Shown: positions 1 to 12,208 of the stretch, piece after piece
Position numbering within the stretch: position 1 is the first letter of the stretch
Layout of the letters: the number at the start of each line of letters is the position of its first letter
Source of the DNA: Octopus sinensis
Taxonomy: Eukaryota
DNA length: 64,000 nucleotides
Assembly: GCF_006345805.1 (NCBI RefSeq)
Contig: NC_043009.1
Location: 61,752,001 to 61,816,000 of the forward strand
Reading direction: 5' to 3'
Made by a program: the position numbers and the translations under genes
The notes under the pieces: generated by a model
What the model was told of the DNA's origin: nothing
Seen by the model: only the letters and a program-made list of their open reading frames with translations
The model's database searches: none

Positions 1-461
1 CAACAATTCTAATTTTCAATACTTTACAAACACAAAGAACAATTCAATGTATAAATTTTTTTCCAAATGACAAACTATGTATACATTAATTACTTTGAAT
101 ATATATATAAAACTGGAAAAAATTTAAATGACTTTTGTGTGTATTGTATGTTGATTTAAATTTACATACAGCTTTGTAATCTCAAAGTGGCAGTGTAGAT
201 AACAGAGTACTAAATTTGGTCTATTTATACTATAAATTTATGATCCATGCATTTGATCCAAACAAATGTGTTTAATTGTTTGTAGAGAGATCAATACCAG
301 TTATGCACTGCTTGTGTAGCAAGTACACATTGTACCTTGGAAAGAACATTGTTGTTGGTATAATTGTTGATTTTTAGCTGTGTCACAAGGCTATAAATTT
401 GCAAAGCAGGAGTGCCATCACTGAACCAATCCTAGTACACTGCTGGCACTTACAGTACGCT

Positions 462-693
462 TTACTCTTTTACTTGTTTCAGTCATTTGACTGTGGCCAT
501 GCTGGAGCACTGCCTTGAGTCGAGCAAATCGACCCTAGGACTTATTCTTTGTAAGACCAGTACTTATTCTATTGGTCTCTTTAGCCGAACTGCTAAGTTA
601 CGGGGACGTAAACACACCAGCATCAGTTGTCAAGCGATGTTGGGGGGACAAACACAGACACACAAACATATACACACACACACACATACATAC

Positions 694-742
<49 letters not shown>

Positions 743-915
743 AATATATATGACAAGCTTCTTTCAGTTTCCATCTACCAAATCCACTCACAAGGCTTTG
801 GTTGGCCCGAGGCTATAGCAGAAGACACTTGCCCAAGGTGTCATGCATTGGGACTGAACCCGGAACCATGTGGTTGGTAAGCAAACTACTTACCACACAG
901 TCACTCCTGCACCTA
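462..915 (-). mobile_element. tRNA-derived SINE, family A (internal CA/TA microsatellite; GAGTAAAA-repeat tail)
   Basis: Reverse complement of the full copy at 10450-10850. Confidence 0.9.
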
Positions 916-2124
916 CTTGATGCTGAAGAAGGAGCAAGAACTCCAGAAATATGCTTCTACACCCATCACCCATTTTTCTATCCTCAATCGCATCGTTTAC
1001 ATGGGCGTATTTGTATACAAAATGTCATAACAGATCAGTGTTGGTTCTAATTTCTATCGAAAATCTGTAACATTAAAAGCCGTTGACAACTTATACTAGC
1101 AACTTAACTTCTATTATAGCAATCAATAAAATCCTGAGCCTGTCTTAGTGGCAGAATCTAGTAATTGTGGCATCTCAATGACGGCTCAGTGATAACTTAG
1201 TGATTTTAATTATATCCTAGGATTGTGGAATTTTGTGTAATTGGTAAGAATCAACTGAATTCAGCAGCTGATCTTGTTTCCTGGCCAAAATAGATAGTCC
1301 ACATAGTCAGTCAGTCTATATATATACATACATATATATATATATAGATATATAATTACTTTCCATTTCAGTCATAAAAAAGGATTTATAAATAGAAATG
1401 GCAGATTAAGTCTTGAAAGAGTTAGTCAGATAAGCTGGAAGCTTCTTTTAATTTCAACATTTCAAAAGAAAAGCTGTGTGGCATGATGGAGATTTTGGTT
1501 GGCGATGAAGACAAATCTCTAGTAATGCTTCAAAATAAGAAAAATAAAGCAAAACGAAATTAATTTGAAGATACCTTTAAATATTCAGAATTAGTTTTTA
1601 ATCAACATTATAAGTAATCAACAACTATAAATATCTCCTATTTCTACTAAATTACTTGGCACTTAACCATAACAGCGCAATGGCTACTATATATATATAT
1701 ATAAACACAAACACACATGCAAATAACTATTCTAACAGTAAACTCTGTTAATGCATTAACCTTTGCGGTTACTGGTTGCAATGTGTAGTGGATATTACTA
1801 TATATAGCTATTATCCCTGTTGTCAGGATGTTAACCATGTCAAACGTCCATAGCAACTGGCGGTATTGTGTATAGGTCACTACAGCTATATATAGGTATT
1901 ACTAACCTTGTTATTAACAAACTGAAAATGATGAGCAAAACTAAACAGAGTAGTTTTGAGAATCTATGAATATTTCTTAATCAGCTTTCTCTACAACAGC
2001 TAAATCTCTGACTGTGTCTGTTTGCCACATCCTTTAAACAGTCTTAACTAAAATTTCTTTTAAAAAATGCCATATCTCCAGATGTAAGATTTTATATATA
2101 TAATGTATGTGTATGTATGTGTGT

Positions 2125-2345
2125 GTGCATATATACACTATATAATTATACATTATATATATGCATAATATATATATATTATACATTATATATATGCATT
2201 ATATATATATATTATACATTATATATATGCATTATATATATATATTATACATTATATATATGCATTATATATATATATATTATACATTATATATATGAAT
2301 AATATATATATATATTATACATTATATATATGCATAATATATATA
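2125..2345. repeat. AT-only ~30-32-bp tandem repeat (TATACATTATATATATGCATTATATATATATAT)
   Basis: About 7 visible units. Confidence 0.85.
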
Positions 2346-2538
2346 TACACACACACAGACTCACATCATTGTAAACACACTGGGGGGGGGGCTGTGTGGT
2401 CGAGATAGCTGCTTCCCAACCATGTGGTCTCAGGTTCAGTCTCACTGCCCAGCACACTGGGTAAGTGCTTTCTACATAGCTCTGGGGTCACCAAATCCCT
2501 ATGAGTAGATTTCGTAGATGGAAACTGCAAGGAGCATC

Positions 2539-2573
<35 letters not shown>

Positions 2574-2817
2574 TGCGTGTGTGTGCATGTGTGTGTGTGT
2601 GTGTGTATGTGTTGGTTGTAATTGAGCATCATCATCATCATCATCATCATCTTGAAAACAAGATTGTTTCCAGTCTTTCATGAAAAACTTATCTAGCTAT
2701 GGGAAAATATTACCTTGCTTGGAAACAGGTAAGGGTTGACAACAAGAAGGGTACCTGGCTGTAGAAAATCTACCTTAACAAATTCTGTCTGATCCTTGCA
2801 TGCATAGGTAAGTGTCA

Positions 2818-3011
2818 TTGACTATTTAGCCAAATGTAATGTGTATTTATTAATATTGTTTTGAATTAACCATCATTAACTTGTAGCCTCAAGATTTCAA
2901 GAATGTGACTGCTTATCTTTAGAATGCTTTTGTAGGGTAGGTGTGAGAAGCCAGATATGGCAAGTAGAATATTGGTGCCAGATATGGCCAGTTTGAATGT
3001 TAAAGGGTTAA
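2818..3011. mobile_element. piggyBac-like (TTAA) MITE
   Basis: Right end TGTTAAAGGG|TTAA, degenerate left end TTGA|CTATTTAGC; about 190 bp. Confidence 0.6.
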
Positions 3012-6000
3012 TTGATGATGATGGTTACACTCACATATACTCTGTTCTTATGAAGACAGATTATGACTCCTGATCTATTTCTCATATCAGTTTTTTTCCA
3101 ACTGAGACAAAATAAAGTTAATTTTCTGGCTATATTATGAGTTAAATCATGTGATTTGCATGGAAGCTCATTGGTGTAGCAATCTAATATAGCTTTCTTA
3201 ATATAGTATGAAGCCATTGTATTAGTAGGTCATGTGATGAACACAGTCTTTCATTGGCAGAAGATAACATTCATCAAGTCATGTGACTAACAAAAAAAAA
3301 ATGTTCCTTCTTGAGCCATGCCAGGCTCATAAGGGCCGGTTTCCTGGTTTCAGTGGCGTATAAATTCCCCCATCTGGACGGGATGCCGATCCGTCGCAGG
3401 ATTACTCATTTTTGCCAGCTGAGTGGACTGGAGCAACGTGAAATGGAGTGTTTTGCTCAAGAACACAACGCATTGCCCAGTCCAGGAATTGAAACCACAA
3501 CCTTACGTTCATGACAGTAACACCCTAACCACTAAGCCATGCATCTCCACGTGGCTAACACAAACTCTTGAGCATTAATTTAAGATGGAGAATAATTTTT
3601 ATAACCCTTAAATGTGTTGGTATTTCTGTGGCTGAAAGATAACTGATATTGGAATTTTTGGAATTGAGAAAGGTAAAATAGGATGAAACAAATAAATAAA
3701 AAAGAAACAAAAACAAAAAAAAAAAAAAACGGGAAAAGAGCTGAGGAGGTAGAAGTTTCAAAGTTTAGGTGGTCTGTTGTTGCTTTATAGGAAGGGTAGC
3801 ATCATAGCATAGCCAACATGGGAAAAAAAGGAAACAAAGGACCACAAAACCAAAAGGTGGAGGAATGTGAAGGTAGGTTAAAAATGAGGTAGGGATAAAA
3901 ATAAAAAAAAATAAAAGAAAAATACCCAAAATAACTCATCATCATCAGCATCATCACAATATTATGAGAAATTTGTTTGCAAAGGAAAAAGACAGGTTTG
4001 AGGTAGCATTTCAGAAGAACAAAGATTTTGACAGTTATATAGATTTTGGTTATTAAAAGAAAGGTGAACAAACTACGACAGTTTAGTAATTGGGGGAGTG
4101 AGAGCGAGAGAGAAGGGGAGCAGTACCAATGTAAGAGGTTAATAATACAAGAACCTTTATAATTAGGTTTTTTGTTTCTTGTATGTTGGAGATGTTTTTT
4201 AAAAAATTTTTTGTTATTATTATTATTTATAAATGGTTTTAAAAATATAATTATTTAGTAAAAGGTCAACCCAAATCCAACAGCTGGATGACCAAAGACA
4301 TTCCAGTTGTGACCATCCCACCTGTATTTCAGACAGTGTACTTGGAACTATATTATCAAACATGTCCCTGTGTTTTTTTAAAGACAGTAAGGGATTTGAA
4401 ATGGATTTGGTTGCTATTTCCAGTAGGTTGGGGGACAATGTAGAGGCTCTCCTATGAGTTTGAACTGGTTCCTTATTGGCACAACTAATTTGATAATCTA
4501 TGCGTGGTACTTAGTGTAGAGTATTCCCTGCCTGAATGGTCAGTCCTATTTCAATAGCTAAATTAGCAGAGTGTGCTTTCAGAGAATTCATTGGATTGTA
4601 AAGAAAAGGCTTCCTCTGTCACAGTGTTAAATATTTTGAGAAAAAGTGTAGCATCTTAGAATGAAATGTGTGATGTAGTGTGTTGTACTTTAGCAGCTGA
4701 GACAGGTACTGAGGGGGTGGAGGAGAGCCAATTGCATTTTGAATGTAATATAGTGAAGGTGCATGGCTCAGTGGTTAGAATGTTGGGCTCACAATCATGA
4801 GGCTGTGAATTCAATTCTCGGACTGGGCTGTGTGCTGTGTTCTTGAGCAAGACACTTTATTTCATGTTGCCCCAGTTCATTCAGATATAGAAATGAGTTG
4901 CAGAGTTCCTGGTGCTAAGCTGCATCAGCCTTTGTCTTTCCCCTGGGTAACAATGATGGCATGGAGAGGCGAGGCTGGTATGCATGGGTGGTTGCTGGTC
5001 TTCCATAAACAACCTTGCCTGGACTTCCGCCTCGATGGGAAACTTTCTAAGTGCAATCCAGTGGTCATTCGTGACTGAAGGGAGTCCTTATCCTTTAAAA
5101 GTGAAACTACCAGGGCATGTATGGAGTGGCAATTTTAGCATGCTACATGGAGAATAGTACTGAGTAGTATTGCAAATTCCACAGGGGTTCACTTTGCCTT
5201 TCATCCTTTTGGGGAAGGGGGTCGATAAAATAAGTACCAGTTGAGTACTGGGGCCCATGTAATCAACTTGCCCCATCGCCTGAAATTGCTGGCCTTGGGC
5301 CAAAATTTGAAAATAATATTGTGTAGTATTGCAAATGCTGTTTATCACAGATCAAGCCTAATTGAAGTAGATCTGCCAGGAAATTGTAACAGGGTGAGTA
5401 ACAAGAAAAACTCTCCCCTGTTGATATGCTGTTGTTGTGTTAGTCCCGGGTCAGCTCTGGTCATTGATATCCTGTATGAGGCAAGTGTAGTTTAGTTCAA
5501 TGTTCAGAGTGTTCAGAGTCACATATATTGTGACAACAAATGTAGCAGTCTGGATATGTGTCGGATACTACATGGCAATGATTGTAGGACCTAGGACATG
5601 TGTGGGATGTTGTTGTAGGGTCAATGTAAGAACCTAGATATGTGAGGGGTGTTACACAGATGTAGAAGACAGTGTAGCAACCTGACTATGGTTATAAAGT
5701 AATACACTAGTCATGGAATGTTGTATAGATGTTAGCGTTGTGAGGACTTCTGTAAAGTCCATAGATTAAAACATTTTCACAACACTTAGGCAAGGTAACT
5801 TATACTCTACTTGCTTCAGTCTGTTTAGTTATTTAGAAACATTCAATATAACTTCACCTCAATACTTGAATAATTGCAGTAAAAACGGACAGTAAAGTGG
5901 ACACTAATGTATAGTAGTGATGAAAAAAAAAAATCTCAGTTAATTCTGATCAAGAAAGGCAGGGAAGACAACCCTGAAATTTAACTCAAAATTAATAAAA

Positions 6001-6297
6001 AAATACAATACAATGGGGAGTGAATCTGATCTTTGGCTATATATGACAACTTTGGACAAGTTTGGTCCTTATTAGTTCTCATCAGCAAAGTATAGTTTAA
6101 CTGTTACTGCCAAATTTTTGAATGACTGAGCAGAATACAGGATTTTAGTAAACAAGCACTGTGTGGCTTAAACAGGGGAATAATACTAATAACCAGACAA
6201 GGTAATAGAAAAACAAATGATGGAGGACCCTTATTAAAAGGGCAGAATAGACTTGCAAATTTAAATAATTGGAGTACATGTCTGACTCCTTTCTAAC

Positions 6298-6352
6298 ATA
6301 ATAATAATGATAATGAAATTATTGTATATAATGCTCAGGTGCACCACAACTT
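6298..6352 (-). mobile_element. Very short 3' end of the same CR1-like family
   Basis: Close match to the reverse complement of 36935-36990, with a local 20-bp duplication of GCTCAGGTGCACCACAAC. Confidence 0.65.
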
Positions 6353-7559
6353 GCTCAGGTGCACCACAACCACAAAGTGAAACTATATTATACTGATATG
6401 TAAAACTCAAATCAATGAGAGCTCTTCTGCATGGTCACTGGCTTGCAAGAAATAATATGCAAATCTCCCTCGAATCTTGGCCTACTGTCTCATGGAAAAA
6501 AAAAAATGGACACATTGGATAATGTAATTCTAGGTTTGTTAATGTCTGACTAAAAAAAGAGACAGTTACTTTTTGACCATATCTGTTAAGCAAAAACAGG
6601 TTAAAGAATATCAACAACTATTGTTAGCAATAGTAAATACTACACTATACACTAAATGAAGTAGATACCGAAAAAAAAAAAAACTGTCTGAAAAAAACAC
6701 GGGCTGGTCTATAACAGGAATATCTTTGATAATAGGTCTGCTGGATTAGGGCTGACTTGGGGTTAAATAATAATAACAAGTGTTATGTAAAACTGAGGTA
6801 GATTGGGCTGTGTAGTAATGTGCATGTGTTTTGGCACAAGTATTTATGCATCTGCATATATATATTTATATATATATATATATATCTGTCTGCATGCACA
6901 TGTGTATGTATGTGTGCACATGTGTATGTATGTGTGCACATGTACTGCCTGCATGTATTTCTCTGTATATGTGCATTTTTATATGCATCCATGCACATGT
7001 ATGCTTCCTCTATGCTGACGTAATGTAAAAAAAAAGAAAGATTCTCTCATATGTTGAGTTAAAATATTAACTAATCATGAGACTAGCCAAATAAATTGTT
7101 CTATTAAAATATAACATGGCATCATAAGATCTTGATTGTATAGCAGAATAGAGTAGGGGGTATAGAGGCAAGCAGAGCAGGTTAGAGAGATTTGTGGGGA
7201 GGTTTTTCTGTTTAGTTCACCATTCTTATGCTTAAATGTTATAGAGCATACCTCATTCTATGTTGAAAATGGCTCTGTAGAACCTTAGTAGGTGCGGAAT
7301 ATTTTCTGAAAACAAATAGGTGATAGGGTTTAGTGAAACAGTAACTACTTGCAGGTGTCAGAGAGGTAGTTCTCTCAGAACAGTAATTAGGTTGGGGGAG
7401 CCTGTGTAGAGATGGAAGGGGACTATTAGAATTAGCTGAAAATAGATTTCAAACACAATTAAACAAAATACAACAGATAAAAATAGAATAACATAAAATG
7501 CAAATGGTTATTTTTTTTTTCTTAATAAATCATGCATAACATTGAGAATCAATTTAGCA

Positions 7560-8340
7560 TACATTTAGTACACAGTACAGAACAGCATACAGAATACAGA
7601 ATTTAGTTCAGAAATTAGAGTTTAGAGAAGGGTATAGTATAGAGTTTAGAAAAGAATAGAACAGAATTCAGAGTTTAGAAAAGATAGAACAGAATTCAGA
7701 GGTTAGAAAAGAGTACAGAGTCTAGTACAGAATGCAGAGTACAGAGATTAGATTAGAATACTGAGTACAGAGTTTAGGACAGAACACAAAGTTTAGTACA
7801 GCATACGGAATACAGAGTACATAATACAGAGTTAAGTATAGACTACAGCATACAGAGTTTAGAATAGATTACAGGGTTTAGTACAAAATAGAGAGTTTTA
7901 AAACAAAATAGAGTTTACAGATACAGTACATAATTTAATACATAAAAACAGAGAGTGTGCACGGTAAAGATATAGAGTAGATGTCAGACAGAGAGATATC
8001 ACACTTGATTTGATTATTGAACATAATATTGTATACAGAGTTGTAGTGAGCAGGTATTGTGTTATCTAGGTATATAGACAAAGTGTATAGATGTTGATTG
8101 GATGTGTGTGTGTGTATTGATCTCTGACAATGAGCAGAATTGGACAAGACAGATAGTCACAGAGTGCAAATGTTGATTGGATAGACAAACAACATGTGTA
8201 GATGTTGATTAGACACAAAGCCAGCAGTGTGCAGATGTTGACTGGATATATAGACACAGTGTTTAGAATATACAGATGCAGTGTATAGATGTTAACTAGA
8301 TAGACAGATACATTGTGTAGATGACTATATAGCTAGGTAC
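7560..8340. repeat. Two adjacent degenerate purine-skewed tandem arrays (AGTACAGAGTTTAGA-like; GTGTAGATGTTGATTGGATAGACA-like)
   Basis: Recurrent motifs visible at 7560-7930 and 7950-8340. Confidence 0.7.
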
Positions 8341-9071
8341 AGGCTACAAATTCCAACTGTATAGAAACTAAAAATTAAAAAAGAATTAGTTTTAGTTATT
8401 TAAAAAGTTATCAATTATTAATTTAATTCTGCATGCAATGTTATAAACTAGGATAAAGATTTACCTTGTTGCCAAAATCAAGGGCTTACATTAAAAGTAA
8501 GGCCTAAATTATCTTCACTTACTACCATAAGTAAAAATTTAAGTTACCTCTTTTTACTGCTGAAAGTTAGCAGCCTGATAAAGAATTACCAATATTTCAT
8601 CTGCTCAAACAGTAATGAGATGAGATTTTAAAAAAATGGTTATGTAGCAACATTTAGTTTTCTGATTGATGTTGGATCACTGAATATGTCCAACAACAAG
8701 CAATGTAAGTAGTCTTGGATTAGTCAGGAATTCATAGTGCAGCAGTTTGTTTGGTCCTCATCAAAAAACCTCATCACCTATGCTGTTTATTGAAGCTGCA
8801 TTTCAGCAGGTTTTCAGGTTTTGCTAGCTGTTTAATTGGTTCTTCAGGTCTAAGTAATTGTACAAATGGAGATAGAAATAAAGAAATGTGAATTACAGTG
8901 ACAATTGGTTAGAAGAAATGGATGTTTGAGTTAAACCCTTTCTCTGACAAACATCACAGCCAAAACATTGATCAGAAATTAAACAATACAACCATAACAA
9001 GCCAACTAGAGGATATACAGCTTATACACAGTTGTAGCAAGTAGGTCTTGTGTTTTCTAGACACGGTATGG

Positions 9072-9113
<42 letters not shown>

Positions 9114-9422
9114 CCAGAATCATGCTAATAGCTTAAGAGTGAAATTTAGGATGTCTCGGTTTTCTGTGAATCGATTTTGATAGTGTGCTGGTTTGCACAC
9201 AATGACAACACCATTATGTTTTCATCATTCTGTGTAATGTCCTTTCTTTTTTATTTCAGATTCTTCAGTTTTTGGGTGAACCACGCTAATAGCTTTTGAA
9301 TGAAAATATCCCAACTAGACATTTATTTTTAAAAATGAAAGGTAATGATACATAATAAGCATAGCCTTGTGTTGACCAAAGCCTTGTGAGTAGATTTGGT
9401 AAACAGAAACTGAAAGAAGCCC

Positions 9423-9460
<38 letters not shown>

Positions 9461-9467
<7 letters not shown>

Positions 9468-9762
9468 ATAGATATTAGGGAATAAATCCAAATTTACAGG
9501 GGAAAATCAGATTTAGGATTGAATCCAATTTTATAGTAAAATATAATATAATATTAATTAGAGACAAAACTTCATAGTTCAAAATTGCATAGAAGGTCTT
9601 GAAACCACCTGATGAATGTCCATTGAAGTGACAAGAAACGATCGTAGTGGATATCTTAATTATATTTAATTTATATAAAATTTTTATGTATTGGATTAAG
9701 TCTTTCTTTGTTTGATTTGCATAATAGTGGTTTTGTCTCTAATTAATATTATATTATATATA
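9461..9762 (+). mobile_element. Penelope-like pLTR/retrozyme fragment with partial inverted terminus, inserted in (TA)n
   Basis: Contains the 9605-9650 hammerhead; inverted repeat AATATTAATTAGAGACAAAAC (~9550-9570) / GTTTTGTCTCTAATTAATATT (~9730-9750); (TA)n on both sides. Confidence 0.6.
9605..9650 (+). ncRNA. Minimal type I hammerhead ribozyme motif (Penelope/retrozyme type)
   Basis: CCAC-CTGATGA-A-TGTC-cattgaagt-GACA-A-GAAA-C-GATC-G-TA-GTGG. Canonical core, 4-bp stem I and palindromic ACGATCGT stem III; the 10.1/11.1 position is an A.A mismatch. Confidence 0.7.
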
Positions 9763-9776
9763 TATATATATATATA

Positions 9777-9935
9777 ATGGGCTTCTTTCAGTTTCCGTTT
9801 ACCAAATCTACTCACAAGGCTTTGGTCAACCCGAGGCTATAGTAGAAGACACTTGCCAAAGGTGCCACGCAGTGGGACTGAACCTGGAAGCATGTGGTTG
9901 GGAAGCAAGCTTCTCACCACACAGCCACTCCTGCA
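9777..9935 (-). mobile_element. SINE family A, 5' half
   Basis: Match to the head of 10450-10850; partial inverted twin at 9361-9424. Confidence 0.85.
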
Positions 9936-10449
9936 CCAATATATACATATACTTTTTATTACTGTCATTACTTTAATACATATATATTTTTTCATCAGAG
10001 TTTTAACATTAACACCACAATCCTCTTTCCCGATTCTCTTGTTGCCAACTTCCCATTTCCATGCCTTCTCACACACAATTCAATTACACCGCTACACCAA
10101 CTTCCTACACCTTTACCATCCCACACAGTCACACTCCATAACTGCACACTTTTTACATAATTACACAAATTCCCCTGCAACAAAACACATGCACACACCT
10201 TCCCCTTATACTACTTTCAATACCTGGATACACCCTTTGTGTGTACTCCTTCCTTCCTTCCTCCCTCCTTTCCTAACTCACCTATAGAACCACTTTCCCA
10301 CCTGGCTCCTAACCCTCACCCTTTTTTTTCCTCCTCCAAACATACTTCCTTATTCAGTCTTTATCTTTTTTTCTCAATCGTTCTTCTGATGAAGGACCAG
10401 CATCTGAAACCCGCTGCTGTTTACTTTCTTTTCAAATGTTAAACTAATA

Positions 10450-10850
10450 GGCGCAGGAGTGGCTGTGTGGTAAGTAGCTTGCTAACCAACCACATGGTTC
10501 TGGGTTCAGTCCCACTGCGTGGCATCTTGGGCAAGTGTCTTCTACTATAGCCTCGGGCTGACCAAAGCCTTGTGAGTGGATTTGGCAGACAGAAACTGAA
10601 AGAAGCCTGTTGTATATATGTATATGTATATATATATGTGTGTGTGTGTTTGTGTGTCTGTGTTTGTCCCCCTAGTATTGTTTGACAACCGATGCTGGTG
10701 TGTTTACGTCCCCGTCACTTAACGGTTCGGCCTAAGAGACCGATAGAATAAGTACTGGGCTTACAAAGAATAAGTCCCGGGGTCGATATGCTTGACTAAA
10801 GGCGGTGCTCCAGCATGGCCACAGTCAAACGACTGAAACGAGTAAAAGAG
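10450..10850 (+). mobile_element. Full-length tRNA-derived SINE, family A
   Basis: Head GGCGCAGGAGTGGCTGTGTGG (A-box-like) ... GGTTCAGTCCC (B-box-like), internal microsatellite, tail GAGTAAAAGAG. Confidence 0.9.
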
Positions 10851-11445
10851 TAATACAACTTTTAACCAAACTTGTCCTTCCCATGTTTTTCTTCCGTGTT
10901 CATTACTTTCCTAACATTTGCATGTGTGTGCATAGGCAAGTATGCAGCTGTTGCCTGGTCAGACAGAGCAAAACAATAAACTCTGTTTTCAACACATTAA
11001 GGCTGGGCACCAATATATTGCTGATGCTATATTATCGACCATCCCAAAACCACAACTCAGAGACTTAACGTTTAGATCCAATGGTCAATGCTACTCTTAG
11101 TCTTAGGTCTGTCACAGGCCTATAGGCTCATTAGGCTGGAGTACATTCATGGCATATAAGAGTATAAGTTCTCTCCTGAACAGAATGACAGTTCATTTCA
11201 GGGTTATACTCCAGGTGAGTGGACTGGAGCAATGTCAAAAAATGAAGTGTTTTCCTCAAGAACATAAGCTACTCAGTCAGGGAATCAAAACTATGGTTGT
11301 CAGTCCAACACCCTAATCACTAGGCCATGTGACTTCACCAGAAGAATATATCTTTAACAACTCTATGTAAAAGATCTGTAAGGTATTCACAGGGATTATT
11401 ACCAAGAATGTTCAGGATCCCCATTTTTGGCGATGGAATACCAAA

Positions 11446-11665
11446 TCATCATCATCATCATCATCGTTTAACGTCCGCTTTCCATGCTAGCATAGGTTGG
11501 ACGGTTTGACCGGGGTCTGGGAAGCCAGGGGCTGCACCAGGCTCCAGTCTGATCTGGCAGAGTTTCTACAGCTGGATGCCCTTCCTAACACCAACCACTC
11601 TGCGAGTATAGTGGGTGCTTTTTATGTGCCACCTGCACAGGTGCCAGGGGTGTCCGGCATCGGCT
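11446..11665 (-). mobile_element. Short repeat sharing the RTE 3' end and (GAT)n tail (family D; other copies ~33985-34400, 40265-40620, 43576-43980, 58720-59060, 61490-61720)
   Basis: Matches the 3' UTR of the RTE at 25740-26064. Confidence 0.85.
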
Positions 11666-11675
11666 AAAATTAACG

Positions 11676-11728
11676 TTCCCATGCCGGGAATCGAACCCGG
11701 GCCGCCTGGGTGAAAGCCAGGAATCCTA
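11676..11728 (-). pseudogene. 5'-truncated tRNA-Glu(TTC) fragment
   Basis: Minus strand reads TAGGATTCCTGGCTTTCACCCAGGCGGCCCGGGTTCGATTCCCGGCATGGGAA: intact anticodon arm (CCTGG-CT-TTC-AC-CCAGG), T arm and 3' acceptor strand, with TTTT 6 nt downstream. About 19 nt of the 5' end, including most of the A box, are replaced by (TA)n. Confidence 0.85.
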
Positions 11729-11740
11729 TATATATATATA

Positions 11741-11976
11741 AACCAAGAGAGAAGGTGGAGATAAGATTAATAAAAATTTATTAATAGATTGATAAGACCT
11801 ACTATTGTTTCAATTCTTTGCCTGCAGCATAAAATCAATCAAATTTAATTTAATCAATTTGGTTAATTATTATAAGCCAAATTGATTTAATTAAATAAAT
11901 TTGATTGATTTGAAACGATTGTAGGTATTGTCAATGTATTAATAAAATTTATTAATCTCCATCTTCTCTATTGGTT
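11741..11976. mobile_element. AT-rich fold-back element (whole-element imperfect palindrome)
   Basis: AACCAAGAGAGAAGGTGGAGAT... pairs with ...ATCTCCATCTTCTCTATTGGTT; inner arms AAATCAATCAAATTTA / TAAATTTGATTGATTT; TA-rich flanks. Confidence 0.75.
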
Positions 11977-12106
11977 TTTATAATAATAATATAAATGTGT
12001 GTATACCTGTATTATAAGGCATTCAACCAGTCTAATCTTGGATATGTTTATCCCTCTGATGTTTATATATATATATATATAAACAATAACAACAGATGGA
12101 TTGTGG

Positions 12107-12208
12107 TTCACTACAGCTGTTTCAGACATGTTTTTTATTGACAAACAGAAGTGCTACATCATGCAACACACCTCAAAAAAAAAAACACAATTGTTTTCAT
12201 CAGGTGAA
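12107..12208 (-). ncRNA. Type I hammerhead ribozyme motif with long stem II
   Basis: Minus strand: TTCAC-CTGATGA-AAACA[ATTG]TGTTTTTT...AAAAAACATGTCT-GAAA-C-AGCT-G-TA-GTGAA. Canonical core, GUA triplet, 5-bp stem I and palindromic stem III (ACAGCTGT). Confidence 0.75.

Noticed and set aside
10450-10525. tRNA-like heads of SINEs as tRNA genes
   Set aside because: They do not fold into complete cloverleaves and continue into SINE bodies.
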